NCBI GenBank assembly: GCA_022340215.1
Contig: JAJDOJ010000164.1
Coordinates: 290 to 64,289, forward strand
Direction of reading: 5' to 3'
Origin: Gammaproteobacteria bacterium
GTDB lineage: Bacteria > Pseudomonadota > Gammaproteobacteria > JAJDOJ01
Length of the DNA stretch: 64,000 nucleotides
A program made the position numbers and the translations under genes. The notes below the pieces were generated by a model. That model was not told the DNA's origin. It did not search any database and worked only from the letters and a program-made list of their open reading frames with translations. Every line of letters begins with the position of its first letter. Position 1 is the first letter of the stretch. Shown piece after piece: positions 1 through 9,685 of the stretch.

Positions 1-1193
1 CCGGTATCGGGCCCTTCGATCCGGAGGATAACTGGGTCTGGGAGGACAGGGGTGGAGCCAGCATCCAGATCGCCTCGCCAGGCGTCCACACCCTGAACCT
101 GTGGATGCGTGAGTCCGGCATCTCCGTCGATCGCATCCTGCTGACCACCGACCCGTCCTTCATCCCCGGTCCGGGCCTGGCCGAGAGTCCTCGTGGCAGC
201 GCCTGCGGATCGGCGCCGACGGTGGAGATAACGTCTCCCGTTGCGGGAGATTTCCAGAGCAAGACGGACCTGTTCGTCACGACCCGGACCTGTCTCGAAG
301 GCGCTTCACATTCGGGCTGGGGAATCCGGGTGAGGGCTGACGGCGGACCCAGCGCCGGGGGATCGGAGGCCTTTGCCTATACCTCACCATGGTCGGTCAC
401 GCTGTTCGGGCTCGCCCTAGCGGAGCACGTGATCGACGCGGACGTCGTGGACGAATCCGGCAACCCTGTCGCCGGCAGCCAGACGCACGACCAGGTCAGC
501 CAGATCGGGATCGGCGACGGCTATCTCGCCATCGGCGACAGCGTTACCCTCGGCGTCGGGGATGACGACCCGAGCGACGACACCTCGCAGGACGGCAGGG
601 TCACCGGCGGCGGCTTCGCTCCGATCCTTAACGACCTGCTGAGCAGCCCCCCGACCAAGGGATATCCCCACCGTATCATCAATAATGGTGTAGGTGGTGA
701 AACCTCCGCAGGCGGGCTTCAGGAACTGCCGGGTGTGCTGAGCGCACACCCGGATGCGGACCGCGTCCTGATCATGTACGGCATGAATGACGCCCGCCCC
801 TGGCTACCCGTTCCCAGCGGTCTGGGGTTGTCACCCGGTGATGGCGGATATCCCGGCACCTACAAGGACAACATGCAGCAGATTGTTGACCTCGTGAACG
901 CCGACGGCCGTGAGGCAATGCTGGCCACGGTCAACATCGCTCTCGGTGACAGCACGAACACGACGCCGTATCCTGACCCCAACCTCGGAGCCCGCAGCGT
1001 CCTGATCCAGGAATACAATGATGTGGTGGACGAACTGGTAGCCGACAACGCGAACGGAATCAATGTGACACCACCGAACTTCTACAGCCATTTCGAGGTG
1101 AATCACCCGACAGAGTACTCGGACAATATCCACCCCAATGGCGCGGGGTACGACTCGATGGCCGATCTCTGGTTCAATGCATTGACACAATAA
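1..1193 (+). CDS. Secreted multidomain protein with a C-terminal SGNH/GDSL hydrolase domain. The 5' end is truncated by the window edge.
   Basis: The reading frame is open from base 3 with no stop, so the gene starts upstream of the window. SGNH blocks are present: AIGDSVTLG (GDS catalytic Ser), GMNDA (block III), DNIHPN (DxxH block V). Confidence 0.7.
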   Translation, partial: GIGPFDPEDNWVWEDRGGASIQIASPGVHTLNLWMRESGISVDRILLTTDPSFIPGPGLAESPRGSACGSAPTVEITSPVAGDFQSKTDLFVTTRTCLEGASHSGWGIRVRADGGPSAGGSEAFAYTSPWSVTLFGLALAEHVIDADVVDESGNPVAGSQTHDQVSQIGIGDGYLAIGDSVTLGVGDDDPSDDTSQDGRVTGGGFAPILNDLLSSPPTKGYPHRIINNGVGGETSAGGLQELPGVLSAHPDADRVLIMYGMNDARPWLPVPSGLGLSPGDGGYPGTYKDNMQQIVDLVNADGREAMLATVNIALGDSTNTTPYPDPNLGARSVLIQEYNDVVDELVADNANGINVTPPNFYSHFEVNHPTEYSDNIHPNGAGYDSMADLWFNALTQ

Positions 1194-1197
1194 CGGC

Positions 1198-1608
1198 ATG
1201 AAATCGCTCACACGGATTATCGCAGTGGCAACGCTCCTGGCCACACTGGTTTCGCCAGCCACCGCCGGTGACCTGCGCGACGAAGACCCGCAAACCTGGG
1301 AAAGGGCGGAGTCGGAGGTGTTCGTACCGCTGTTCGAGGCTTTACAAGCGGGTGACGTCTCGGCGATCAAGCGACTTCTGGATGCTGACTTGTTCGGACA
1401 GTACCACGTTCTGCTGGAGCGAAACTCGGCGTACCCACAGTACCTCAGAGACTACTACCGTGGCGCGACCTTCGAACTGCGAGGGATCGAGGACGAAGGC
1501 GACCGTTACACGGCAGATGTGGTCATCCAGTGGCCGGACGGCAGGCGCATCCCGGTTCGAATGAGCGCCAAATCCCTGAATGCGAAACCCCGCACCGGAC
1601 AGCGCTAG
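1198..1608 (+). CDS. Hypothetical exported protein, 136 aa, probably co-transcribed with the SGNH gene.
   Basis: N-terminal signal peptide MKSLTRIIAVATLLATLVSPATA. It starts 5 nt after the upstream stop. No recognizable domain. Confidence 0.55.
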   Translation: MKSLTRIIAVATLLATLVSPATAGDLRDEDPQTWERAESEVFVPLFEALQAGDVSAIKRLLDADLFGQYHVLLERNSAYPQYLRDYYRGATFELRGIEDEGDRYTADVVIQWPDGRRIPVRMSAKSLNAKPRTGQR

Positions 1609-1819
1609 ATCGCAACCTGAGCGCGCTACAAGACAAGAATACCCACTAACCTTCATGGATATTGACCATCCACCCCAGAAGATGAAAAACCACGGAAACT
1701 GGCTCGAAACGAACTGTGCGAACTCAATTTTCTGAAGCCGAACGAGCGTGACAAGAGATTCACGCCTGCAAGGGGCATCCGTCAAATCCCGGTACGCCCC
1801 ACCGTACACCCGAACCTGG

Positions 1820-3121
1820 CTACGAGTTGCCGAAAAACAACTGGTTCTGTTCTGCCCGGAGTTGGTCCACGAGACGCCCTTGCGGGACTTCCACGTCGTC
1901 GTACGTCACTGTGGTGTCTTTAGGAATATTCCGTTTCAACCTACATCCCTCTGCTAGCCCTATTGGCAGGAGTCTCTCCGCGGAACAGACATCCGCATTC
2001 TCCGCCTCTCCGTAGGTCATGTAGTATCCCATGCCGTCCAGTACCTGCCCTGCCTTGAGATCGATCTTGGCGGTCGTGACCACGTCGACGCAGGGACCTC
2101 CAGCAGGCATGATAGCGCCGTCATTAAACAATGCAGCGCGGGCTACGGTCGTCGGGACCTCGAAGTGGCATAGGTGATAGGGTGTATAGAAGCAATACAG
2201 CGGGCCTTCTCCCAGTTTGTACAGATTCAGATAGTGCTGCTGTTGCGGGTGATCGTGCGTTCCGAGGACAAACACCCCCGGGCCCGGTTCCGCCCTAACC
2301 ACGTAATCGACGATCCCCGTGCCTTCGATGAGGTCTTCGAGTGGATACCAGTTCACGGCCTCCTTGATCGGGGTGCCCGGCTCGACGGTCGGCCCGTGCA
2401 TGCCGCGTTTGGCCACGCGCATACCGGTCGCATTCGCCACGATGGCCTGCTCGAAAGAGATCTTGGTCCCGTCCGCGAACGAGGTCACCATATGGGCCTT
2501 TTGACCCCATTGCCTGGCAAATCCCTCCTGGGTCGTCGGATTACGGTACGGGTCCTGGAGGCCCTTGATGTTGCCGCATAGCACCGGTTTGACACCGATG
2601 CCCTGAACGAATCGATAGAGGTTCAGAATGACACCGGGCTGGTCACCATCGGCATTCGTGTAAACAACGCCAGCCTTGTCCGCATAGGTCTTCAGCAATG
2701 GCCCGATCGTACCGTCCAGTTCCGCGTTCATGATGACGACATGCTTGCCGTTCTCGATGGCCTCCATCACCACACGGGCACCGAACTCAACCGCCCCTGT
2801 CACCTCAATTAGCACCTCGATATGATCCGACCGGCAAAGAAGCATAGAATCGTCGGTTACGGCATAGGTCCCTTTCTCTATGGCCTCGTCCAGCGATGAG
2901 ACTGAATCCACGCACAGCGTGTCGTCTACATCCGCCTCCCGATAGGCCCTGATCGCACCCTCGACAGACCGATTGGAAATCGCGACCAAATCCATCCCAG
3001 GAGTATATTTCAGAATCTGTAACGCGATTCCCCTCCCCATGAAACCTGCACCTACCATCCCAACCCTGATGGGTCTATTCTCCGCCTCTCTCTGCTTCAG
3101 CGCTGTGTCCACAATAATCAT
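1820..3121 (-). CDS. NAD(P)-binding oxidoreductase with a C-terminal SAF domain (homoserine-dehydrogenase-like, COG4091 type). Last gene of the CDP-sugar operon.
   Basis: Rossmann motif VGMVGAGFMGRG at the N-terminus. 433 aa. Same orientation as the sugar-nucleotide genes upstream. Confidence 0.6.
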   Translation of the reverse strand: MIIVDTALKQREAENRPIRVGMVGAGFMGRGIALQILKYTPGMDLVAISNRSVEGAIRAYREADVDDTLCVDSVSSLDEAIEKGTYAVTDDSMLLCRSDHIEVLIEVTGAVEFGARVVMEAIENGKHVVIMNAELDGTIGPLLKTYADKAGVVYTNADGDQPGVILNLYRFVQGIGVKPVLCGNIKGLQDPYRNPTTQEGFARQWGQKAHMVTSFADGTKISFEQAIVANATGMRVAKRGMHGPTVEPGTPIKEAVNWYPLEDLIEGTGIVDYVVRAEPGPGVFVLGTHDHPQQQHYLNLYKLGEGPLYCFYTPYHLCHFEVPTTVARAALFNDGAIMPAGGPCVDVVTTAKIDLKAGQVLDGMGYYMTYGEAENADVCSAERLLPIGLAEGCRLKRNIPKDTTVTYDDVEVPQGRLVDQLRAEQNQLFFGNS

Positions 3122-3187
3122 GCACGCGACTCCAAAATCTGTCTGGATGGAATATCCCCTTGCGTAAGACCGGTCCGGGCGAGGTGA

Positions 3188-3718
3188 TTAACCCTCAAAG
3201 TCCGGCCAAGATGCATCTTTATCGGAGATAACGGAGACCGTGACCGGCCACTCGATTCCCAGGGCCGGGTCGTTGTAGCGCAAACCCTGTTCGGCACCAG
3301 GCGTATAGAACTCCGTCACCATATAATAGGCTTCGGTGTCGTCCTCCAAGGTCACGAATCCGTGAGCAAAGCCTTCAGGCACGAACAACATCCGATGGTT
3401 ATCCGCGGTAAGTTCTACACCTATCCAATCCTTAAATGTCGGGGAGTCTTCACGAAGATCGACGATGACGTCATAAAGGGACCCGCGCGTGCAACGTACC
3501 AGTTTCGACTCCTCGTGGGGACTGATCTGGTAATGCATGCCCCGCATTGTGCCCTTTTTTGTGCTCAGGGAAACGTTGGCCTGCGCGAGATCCGCCGACA
3601 AACCATGTTCCTGCATTTCCCGCTTGCACCAGGCTCTGGCGAAAAAACCTCTTTCATCCCCCAGTTCCTGGATATCGATGATAAAGGCACCCTTGAATTT
3701 GGTCTCGTCAAACTTCAT
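3188..3718 (-). CDS. RmlC-like cupin sugar-nucleotide 3,5-epimerase (dTDP-4-dehydrorhamnose 3,5-epimerase family)
   Basis: 176 aa. Start KFDETKFKGAFIIDIQELGDERGFF and motif MHYQ...VPEGFAHGF are typical of RmlC-family epimerases. Confidence 0.75.
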   Translation of the reverse strand: MKFDETKFKGAFIIDIQELGDERGFFARAWCKREMQEHGLSADLAQANVSLSTKKGTMRGMHYQISPHEESKLVRCTRGSLYDVIVDLREDSPTFKDWIGVELTADNHRMLFVPEGFAHGFVTLEDDTEAYYMVTEFYTPGAEQGLRYNDPALGIEWPVTVSVISDKDASWPDFEG

Positions 3719-3756
3719 GGCTTGTCGCTTTGTTCTATGTGTTTGGACCCGGCGCC

Positions 3757-4806
3757 TTAGGCGATCCAGCGCAATTCTTTGCCAAGAAGTTTTCTTTCTT
3801 GCAGACCGTTCAGAACCTTTAACCGCATGTATTGGGAGTTCCGGAAGTCCTGGTTGTCAAACCCCATACGCTCCAGTCCCTCTCTCAATTCCCGAATCGA
3901 TTGATCTAGCGGTACCTGAGGGAGGTGACCCGGGGCAAGCGACTTGTACAGACTGAAATCAACTCGATAGGAGCGCTTGTCCGGTTGGGCTTCCGTGTTG
4001 ATCTCCAGCTCCACATCCGGCATCTGCTCCTTTACGGCCTCCGCAAGATCTCGAACCTGGTAGTTCCACTCCGTCCTTCCAACGTTGACTGCCAGGAAAG
4101 CGCCGCCGTTCGATGCTTCACGGCTCACGGCCCAATTCATCGCGCGGCTCATGTCCTTGATGTCGATTAGCGGGCGCCACGGGGTGCCGTCACTGAGTAT
4201 CTTGATCTTCCTCGAAGCGACCGCGGCCGCTACAAAATCATTTAGAACCAGGTCCAGACGCAGGCGTTCGCTCATACCACAAGCCGTAGGAAACCGCAGA
4301 CTGGTGACAACGAAACTGTCTTCAGCCAGACCTTGAATGGATTTTTCCGTGTTTATCTTTGATCTCGCATAGGCGGTTAGTGGGTTTAACTCAGAATTTT
4401 CATCTCGCGCCTCACCCTCGGCGTAACCGTATACACTGCAGCTGGAAGCGAACACGTAGGACTTCACGCCCGCCTCTTTCGCCATCTCGGCAATCCGTAG
4501 GCTGGAACGGTAATTGACTTCGGCGGTTACGTTCTCGAACGCATTACCCATAGGATCGTTGGAGATAGCGGCCAGATGGACAACGCTGTCCACCCCTCGC
4601 AGGAACTGCAGTTCAATATCTCGAACGTCCCTGATGTACTGAACATCGATTCGGGTTTCCGGAAGCACTTCGGCCCCCGTAAGACAGTGACCAAAAAAAC
4701 CCGTGTCTACCCCCACTATCTTCACCCCCGGATAACCCGCCTTTAGCGTACGTACCAGCGTTGGACCGATGTACCCCATGTTTCCAGTAATTAAGATGTT
4801 CTGCAT
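3757..4806 (-). CDS. NAD-dependent nucleoside-diphosphate-sugar epimerase/dehydratase (extended SDR)
   Basis: N-terminal glycine-rich motif ITGNMGYIG, catalytic YARSK (YxxxK), 349 aa. Confidence 0.75.
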   Translation of the reverse strand: MQNILITGNMGYIGPTLVRTLKAGYPGVKIVGVDTGFFGHCLTGAEVLPETRIDVQYIRDVRDIELQFLRGVDSVVHLAAISNDPMGNAFENVTAEVNYRSSLRIAEMAKEAGVKSYVFASSCSVYGYAEGEARDENSELNPLTAYARSKINTEKSIQGLAEDSFVVTSLRFPTACGMSERLRLDLVLNDFVAAAVASRKIKILSDGTPWRPLIDIKDMSRAMNWAVSREASNGGAFLAVNVGRTEWNYQVRDLAEAVKEQMPDVELEINTEAQPDKRSYRVDFSLYKSLAPGHLPQVPLDQSIRELREGLERMGFDNQDFRNSQYMRLKVLNGLQERKLLGKELRWIA

Positions 4807-4935
4807 TTTTACTCGAGTAGTTCCCTAGAAATAATTGAAATATTCATAGTCACACTCAAGCAGAGCGTGCCCGTGCCGTGTTTCATTTTCCCTTGAACCG
4901 CTGGTATGGGGCAATTCAAGGAGATCTCAATACTC

Positions 4936-6156
4936 TCAGGTCAAGGTGGATAGATTACGGTCGATATAGTCGACAACGTAAGCGGAGAATGGGATTGAAC
5001 ACGTCCATCCCGGCGACACAGCATTCAACACATGGGTTGACTCACTATTTCCCTCCAACACGAAGTCCATTTCCAGTTTGCGTTTCTTCGTGTTGACCAA
5101 TTGTGCGCGAATGCCAGGCTTACCCCAATCCCTGAAATGCGACTCGGTAACTCCCGTTGCCAATTTCGTTGCCAGTGAAATCAGATGGTTGCGTGAATAC
5201 TTCCGGATCTCCGTCATCGCCAACCTGGAAAATTTGAATTCGGACGAGGTAAACAGCGATGCAGAACGCAAACCAATATCGACAACCTCACCTAAACTGA
5301 ACCCGTTGAACCCATTGTAATTCTCGCGCCAGAAAGCAGGGATAGCAGTAGGCCCGATTTTGGTTATTCCATCAACGGTAATAGTGAAATGGACGCCGAG
5401 GAACGGATATTCGAGATCCGGAACTGGGTAAATATGCGTCTTGTATGCCCCTTTCTGTTCATTAGATTTCAGGTAGATTCCTTTGAACGGCAAGATCGCA
5501 TAGTCCTCGGAGAAACCAAAATCGCGCGCCACCTTGTCGGCGTACAATCCAGCGGCATTCACTAGATGACCCACCACGTAATCGCCAGATTTGGTAAGTA
5601 TCTTCATTCCGTCTCGCCTGACATATCCAGCGCCGTATCGGAAGTCGATCCCTTCCCGTCTGGCATCCTGCTCCATGTGCTGGATCACCGTGAGTGGATC
5701 GGCGGATGATGTTGTCGGCGAATAAATAGCTCTGCGGTAGGTCTTGATTCGCGGTTCTATCCGCCGTGCCTCCTCCGCGCTCAGTTCCTCGAGCGCCACA
5801 CCATTGGTCGCTCCACGCCTCAATAGTTCATCCAGCAACCTGTCTTCCGACTCATTAGACGCGACGACAAGCTTGCCGCATTTGTTGAGAAATATCCCTT
5901 TATCGTCACAATACTCGGTGAGGGCCTGATTTCCGTCCCGAGTAAATCTGGCCTTCAGACTATCGGCCGTGTAGTAAAAGCCAGCATGCAGCACGCCGCT
6001 ATTCCGACCGCTGGCATGTTCGCCGCAGACGGTTTCCTTTTCCAGGAGGACAACACTGGAACCCGGATTCCGACGTTTTATCTCACGCGCTATGTTGATT
6101 CCGATGATGCCTGCGCCGATGACGAGGAAATCGGCTCGTTTTGCCTTGGTCACCAT
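4936..6156 (-). CDS. FAD-dependent oxidoreductase (DAO superfamily, L-2-hydroxyglutarate-oxidase-like)
   Basis: FAD fingerprint DFLVIGAGIIGINIA at the N-terminus. 406 aa. It sits inside the sugar operon. Confidence 0.65.
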   Translation of the reverse strand: MVTKAKRADFLVIGAGIIGINIAREIKRRNPGSSVVLLEKETVCGEHASGRNSGVLHAGFYYTADSLKARFTRDGNQALTEYCDDKGIFLNKCGKLVVASNESEDRLLDELLRRGATNGVALEELSAEEARRIEPRIKTYRRAIYSPTTSSADPLTVIQHMEQDARREGIDFRYGAGYVRRDGMKILTKSGDYVVGHLVNAAGLYADKVARDFGFSEDYAILPFKGIYLKSNEQKGAYKTHIYPVPDLEYPFLGVHFTITVDGITKIGPTAIPAFWRENYNGFNGFSLGEVVDIGLRSASLFTSSEFKFSRLAMTEIRKYSRNHLISLATKLATGVTESHFRDWGKPGIRAQLVNTKKRKLEMDFVLEGNSESTHVLNAVSPGWTCSIPFSAYVVDYIDRNLSTLT

Positions 6157-6929
6157 ATCTTCCAGGGAGCTTCACCACTATCCCAAATGCTTTCCAGGTG
6201 GTTCTTGTCTCTCAGCGTGTCCATGGGGTGCCAGAATCCATGATGTCGATATGCGCTGAGCTGATTGTCCGATACCAACGCGTCCAGTGGTTCCCTCTCC
6301 CAGACCGTGGAATCACCTTCGATGTAATCCGTTACCTTCGGCTCCAGGACGAAAAAACCTCCATTGATCCAAGCATTTTCTTCCTTCGGCTTCTCACGAA
6401 AATGCTTTATCACGTTCTGCCCTTCTGCGAGAGTAAAAGCTCCAAACCGACCGGTGGGTTGAACTGCGGTAAGGGTCGCTAGTCTACCCTGCTGCCTATG
6501 AAAGCTTACGGCCTCACTAATATTGATGTTTCCGACACCATCTCCATAGGTCAAACAGAATGTCTCGTCGCCAATGTAACCCCTCACCCTTTTTAAACGG
6601 CCGCCAGTCATGGTTGCCACCCCCGTGTCCACCAAAGTGACCTGCCACTTTTCAACCCCACTCTTGTGGATTTGTGTATCCTTACCCTCCCCGTCAAACG
6701 TGAAAGTCACGTCCGACCTGTGAAGCCAATAATTGGCGAAATACTCTTTGATAACATATCCCATGAATCCACAACAAATAACGAATTCACTAATACCATG
6801 GCAATAGTAAATTTTCATAATATGCCAGAGAATCGGCATCCCGCCCACTTCGACCATTGGTTTAGGCCGAATCGAAGTTTCTTCCGACAGCCGAGTGCCC
6901 AACCCACCGGCAAGTATCACTGCCTTCAT
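6150..6929 (-). CDS. rfbF: Glucose-1-phosphate cytidylyltransferase (CDP-glucose pyrophosphorylase). First gene of the operon.
   Basis: MKAVILAGGLGTRLSEETSIRPKPMVEVGGMPILWHIMKIY is the RfbF/DdhA signature. 259 aa. Confidence 0.85.
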   Translation of the reverse strand: MKAVILAGGLGTRLSEETSIRPKPMVEVGGMPILWHIMKIYYCHGISEFVICCGFMGYVIKEYFANYWLHRSDVTFTFDGEGKDTQIHKSGVEKWQVTLVDTGVATMTGGRLKRVRGYIGDETFCLTYGDGVGNINISEAVSFHRQQGRLATLTAVQPTGRFGAFTLAEGQNVIKHFREKPKEENAWINGGFFVLEPKVTDYIEGDSTVWEREPLDALVSDNQLSAYRHHGFWHPMDTLRDKNHLESIWDSGEAPWKIW

Positions 6930-8308
6930 TGCTTCTCCATACTTATCGGATAAACCTTGTTTGCGTCTTTGCGTTCCCTACGGCCGTCTTGGCATGGTTT
7001 CTGGCCCGGACAGACGGCAATCGCGCTAGATTGCGCCACCGGACAAGCACCGGGGCCACGCTGGTGTGGGAGGCGCAGATTTCAGCGCCTAACTCCGCGA
7101 TCCCGAATCGGCGCGCATGTCTTGCGCGTCAAAATAAATCTTCCATGATTTAAAGCACCCACTATAATGGCTAGCACTATTGGATTCAGGCATTTATCTT
7201 GTCCCCACTAGCCTCAAGGTACGAGAATCGGATAAGGAATCATTGCCGCCACACAATTCTATGCATGGTCTTAATTTATCGACACTGAATGCCAAGGATG
7301 TTTGTAGATTAGCGACCAGCGACCATCATGTACAAAAACGCAAATGATGATTACAACGACTTGCAGCAATATTCCATCATTGATGGATACGAAACTGCGC
7401 GGGAAATCTACTTTCGATATTCTTGATTGTCAAATGAGTGGGATCATTCGATCCATTATCGACATTCCCGTAGATGGTGTGGTCATGGGCGTCATATACC
7501 TCCCCCCCAGGTACCCGCCGATGGCTCTCACCAGCCGCCTGTCGCCTCGGAAGCCCAGCAAATCACCCATTCCAGTCGCTACATCAATTGGATGATCGAT
7601 TGTCGCTAGAATCCCGAATTGCCCTGAATCATGATGCGCGCCTTCAGTCAGCGGTTGCGAATCCGTCCCACCATCCACTTCATCTCCTCGACACAGCCAT
7701 CCGGCGCATCCCGGTTCGATGGGCACAGGCGCACAAACGGTGTTCGCGGCAGAAACTGTACGGAGCCAGTAACAGTAGCACACGTAGTCTCAATAGAAAA
7801 AATGCCCTTCCCTCCTGGTCGGCATCGAGCATACCTTTTTACGACCGAACCGTCCTCCTCACCAGAAACCGGCTTAGGAGAACTACGCAGGAATTGAAGC
7901 TGTCCCGGGGTATTCGATACGAGGGCGTCTGCGGCTCCTGATACGAAAAGGCCTCGGGAGATTACGACACGCCAGATGAACCGACTCATCTCTGCGGTTC
8001 GGCAAGTGTCGCGCTCAACACCGCGGCACGGCGCGTACCCCAGCAATCGGCCTCACCATATGCAATTCGTCGCCCGACCGGCCGGGATCCTCAAGTGGAA
8101 TCGGGATCGCGCTCGAACGTCGAGACCCGACCGCGGAACACTGTCACAAAGTGCTTATCCACCGCCCTGGAAACCAGGCCCTGAACAGCGGCAGCGGCCT
8201 GTTCTGCAAGAACTTATTTTTGCCTCCGTTTCGGCAACGTGAGTTCGAATGCGCAGGATCTTCCGAGACAAGTGCACCATGACCGCTCCGAACCACGACC
8301 ACGAACCT

Positions 8309-8956
8309 TCACGACCCGCTCTTCCAGGAATGCCCTTCCGCGCCAGCCTCACCCCAGAGTTCCTCGAGACGCTGGTCACGCCCGCAACGATAGCGGTAGT
8401 ACTTGTAACGGATTGGGTTCTTTTTGTAGTAGTCCTGATGGTAGTCCTCGGCGGGATAGAAAGTCGAGGCCTCCACGATCTCCGTGTGGATCTCGCGCCC
8501 GCCGAGCGCAGGCTCGGCCACTTCCTGGACGCTGCGCTCGGCCAACGCCTTCTGCTGCGCGTCGTGATAGAAGATCGCCGAACGGTATTGATTGCCGCTA
8601 TCACAGAACTGGCGATTCTTCACCGTCGGATCGATGTTATGCCAGAAGACCTCGAGGAGCTCCCGGTAACTGACCTTGTCCGGGTCATAGGTTACCTGTA
8701 CGGCCTCGGCGTGACCGGTCCCCCCCGCCGAGACCTGCTCGTACGTCGGGTCCTGCACATGTCCGCCGGTGTAACCGGATACCGTCTCGACCACGCCGTC
8801 GACCCGGTCGAAGGGTCCCTCCATGCACCAGAAGCATCCTCCTGCGAACGTGGCGACCTGGAATCTGGCCTCGTCGGCCTGGGCCGACGAGATCAGCGCG
8901 ATTGTACCCGCGAGCGTGATGCCGGCCAGGTGCCACATGGCTTGAATCTTTCTCAT
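8309..8956 (-). CDS. msrA: Peptide methionine-S-sulfoxide reductase MsrA with an N-terminal signal peptide
   Basis: GGCFWC active-site motif. Start reassigned to the internal ATG (MRKIQ...), which is preceded by GAGGA. Signal peptide MWHLAGITLAGTIALISSAQA. Confidence 0.85.
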   Translation of the reverse strand: MRKIQAMWHLAGITLAGTIALISSAQADEARFQVATFAGGCFWCMEGPFDRVDGVVETVSGYTGGHVQDPTYEQVSAGGTGHAEAVQVTYDPDKVSYRELLEVFWHNIDPTVKNRQFCDSGNQYRSAIFYHDAQQKALAERSVQEVAEPALGGREIHTEIVEASTFYPAEDYHQDYYKKNPIRYKYYRYRCGRDQRLEELWGEAGAEGHSWKSGS

Positions 8957-8985
8957 CTGGAATCCTCGTCTCACCGAATGGTGGT

Positions 8986-9504
8986 TCATTGCTCGAACAG
9001 CGCCCGGAACTCTCCGTAACCCTCTTTCTCCAGGTCCGCCACCGGAATGAACCGCAGCGACGCGGAGTTGATGCAGTAACGTAATCCGGTGGGCTGCGGG
9101 CCGTCGTCGAAGACGTGACCGAGGTGAGAGTCGGCCTGAGCGCTGCGAACCTCCTCGCGCACCATGAAAAAACTCCGGTCCTTCCTGATCACGATGTTCC
9201 CGCTCTCGAGCGGTCGGGTAAAACTTGGCCAGCCTGTGCCGGACTTGAATTTGTCGAGCGAACTGAACAGGGGTTCGCCGGAAACGATGTCCACGTAGAT
9301 CCCGGGTTCCTTATTGTCCCAGTATTCGTTGTCGAAGGGCCGCTCGGTGCCGTCATCCTGCGTCACCTTGTACTGCAGCGGCGTGAGTCTCTCGCTGAGA
9401 TCGCCCTTGTCAACCGGCTTCCCCTGCGAGCCGGCGATTACGACGATCGCTCCAACCGCCCCCAAAACGGCGATCAGTATTGCCGAAAGGATGCTTGGCT
9501 TCAT
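8986..9504 (-). CDS. msrB: Peptide methionine-R-sulfoxide reductase MsrB (SelR) with an N-terminal membrane anchor or signal
   Basis: GTGWPSF, HLGHVF and RYCINS motifs. N-terminal hydrophobic segment [22 protein letters not shown]. Located immediately upstream of msrA. Confidence 0.85.
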   Translation of the reverse strand: MKPSILSAILIAVLGAVGAIVVIAGSQGKPVDKGDLSERLTPLQYKVTQDDGTERPFDNEYWDNKEPGIYVDIVSGEPLFSSLDKFKSGTGWPSFTRPLESGNIVIRKDRSFFMVREEVRSAQADSHLGHVFDDGPQPTGLRYCINSASLRFIPVADLEKEGYGEFRALFEQ

Positions 9505-9685
9505 TGCATTTCACTCCTGGCCCCCGCGTTTCGGGGCATTACAAGATCGACTGTCAGACCATAAGACCGTAAAAACCCTCGGATCCTTGCAAACGCGCCG
9601 CACTCGGTCGTTGTTTCCGGGGAGCGGAGCTTCAGGGGCCGAAGATATGATCCTCACACCTCCTGTGGTCGGTGCGCGCCCCGGA

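Noticed and set aside
6930-7340. Search for a JUMPStart/ops (GGCGGTAG) element upstream of the polysaccharide-type operon
   Set aside because: No GGCGGTAG or close variant was found in the operon leader by eye.
7400-7460. Weak resemblance of gattgtcaaatgagtgg to the MITE 5' end (gatttctgtcaaatgaca), suggesting a third, degenerate copy
   Set aside because: Only about 12 nt match, and no matching 3' terminus (ccattttccggcaatcg) was found nearby. This is below what I can support without an alignment tool.
8249-9019. 256-aa plus-strand ORF antisense to msrA. Similar long antisense or alternative-frame ORFs occur at 10519..11142, 11320..12105, 17095..17877, 19811..21064, 21360..22724, 24662..25384, 26209..26709, 31653..32384, 34133..35167, 36372..37151, 37165..38625, 39594..41135, 40784..41992, 49448..50590, 53668..54543, 54559..55506 and 60696..62228.
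   Set aside because: Each lies entirely inside a gene on the other strand or frame that has clear family signatures. Their translations are Arg/Pro/Gly-rich with no motifs. Long spurious ORFs like these are expected in high-GC DNA.
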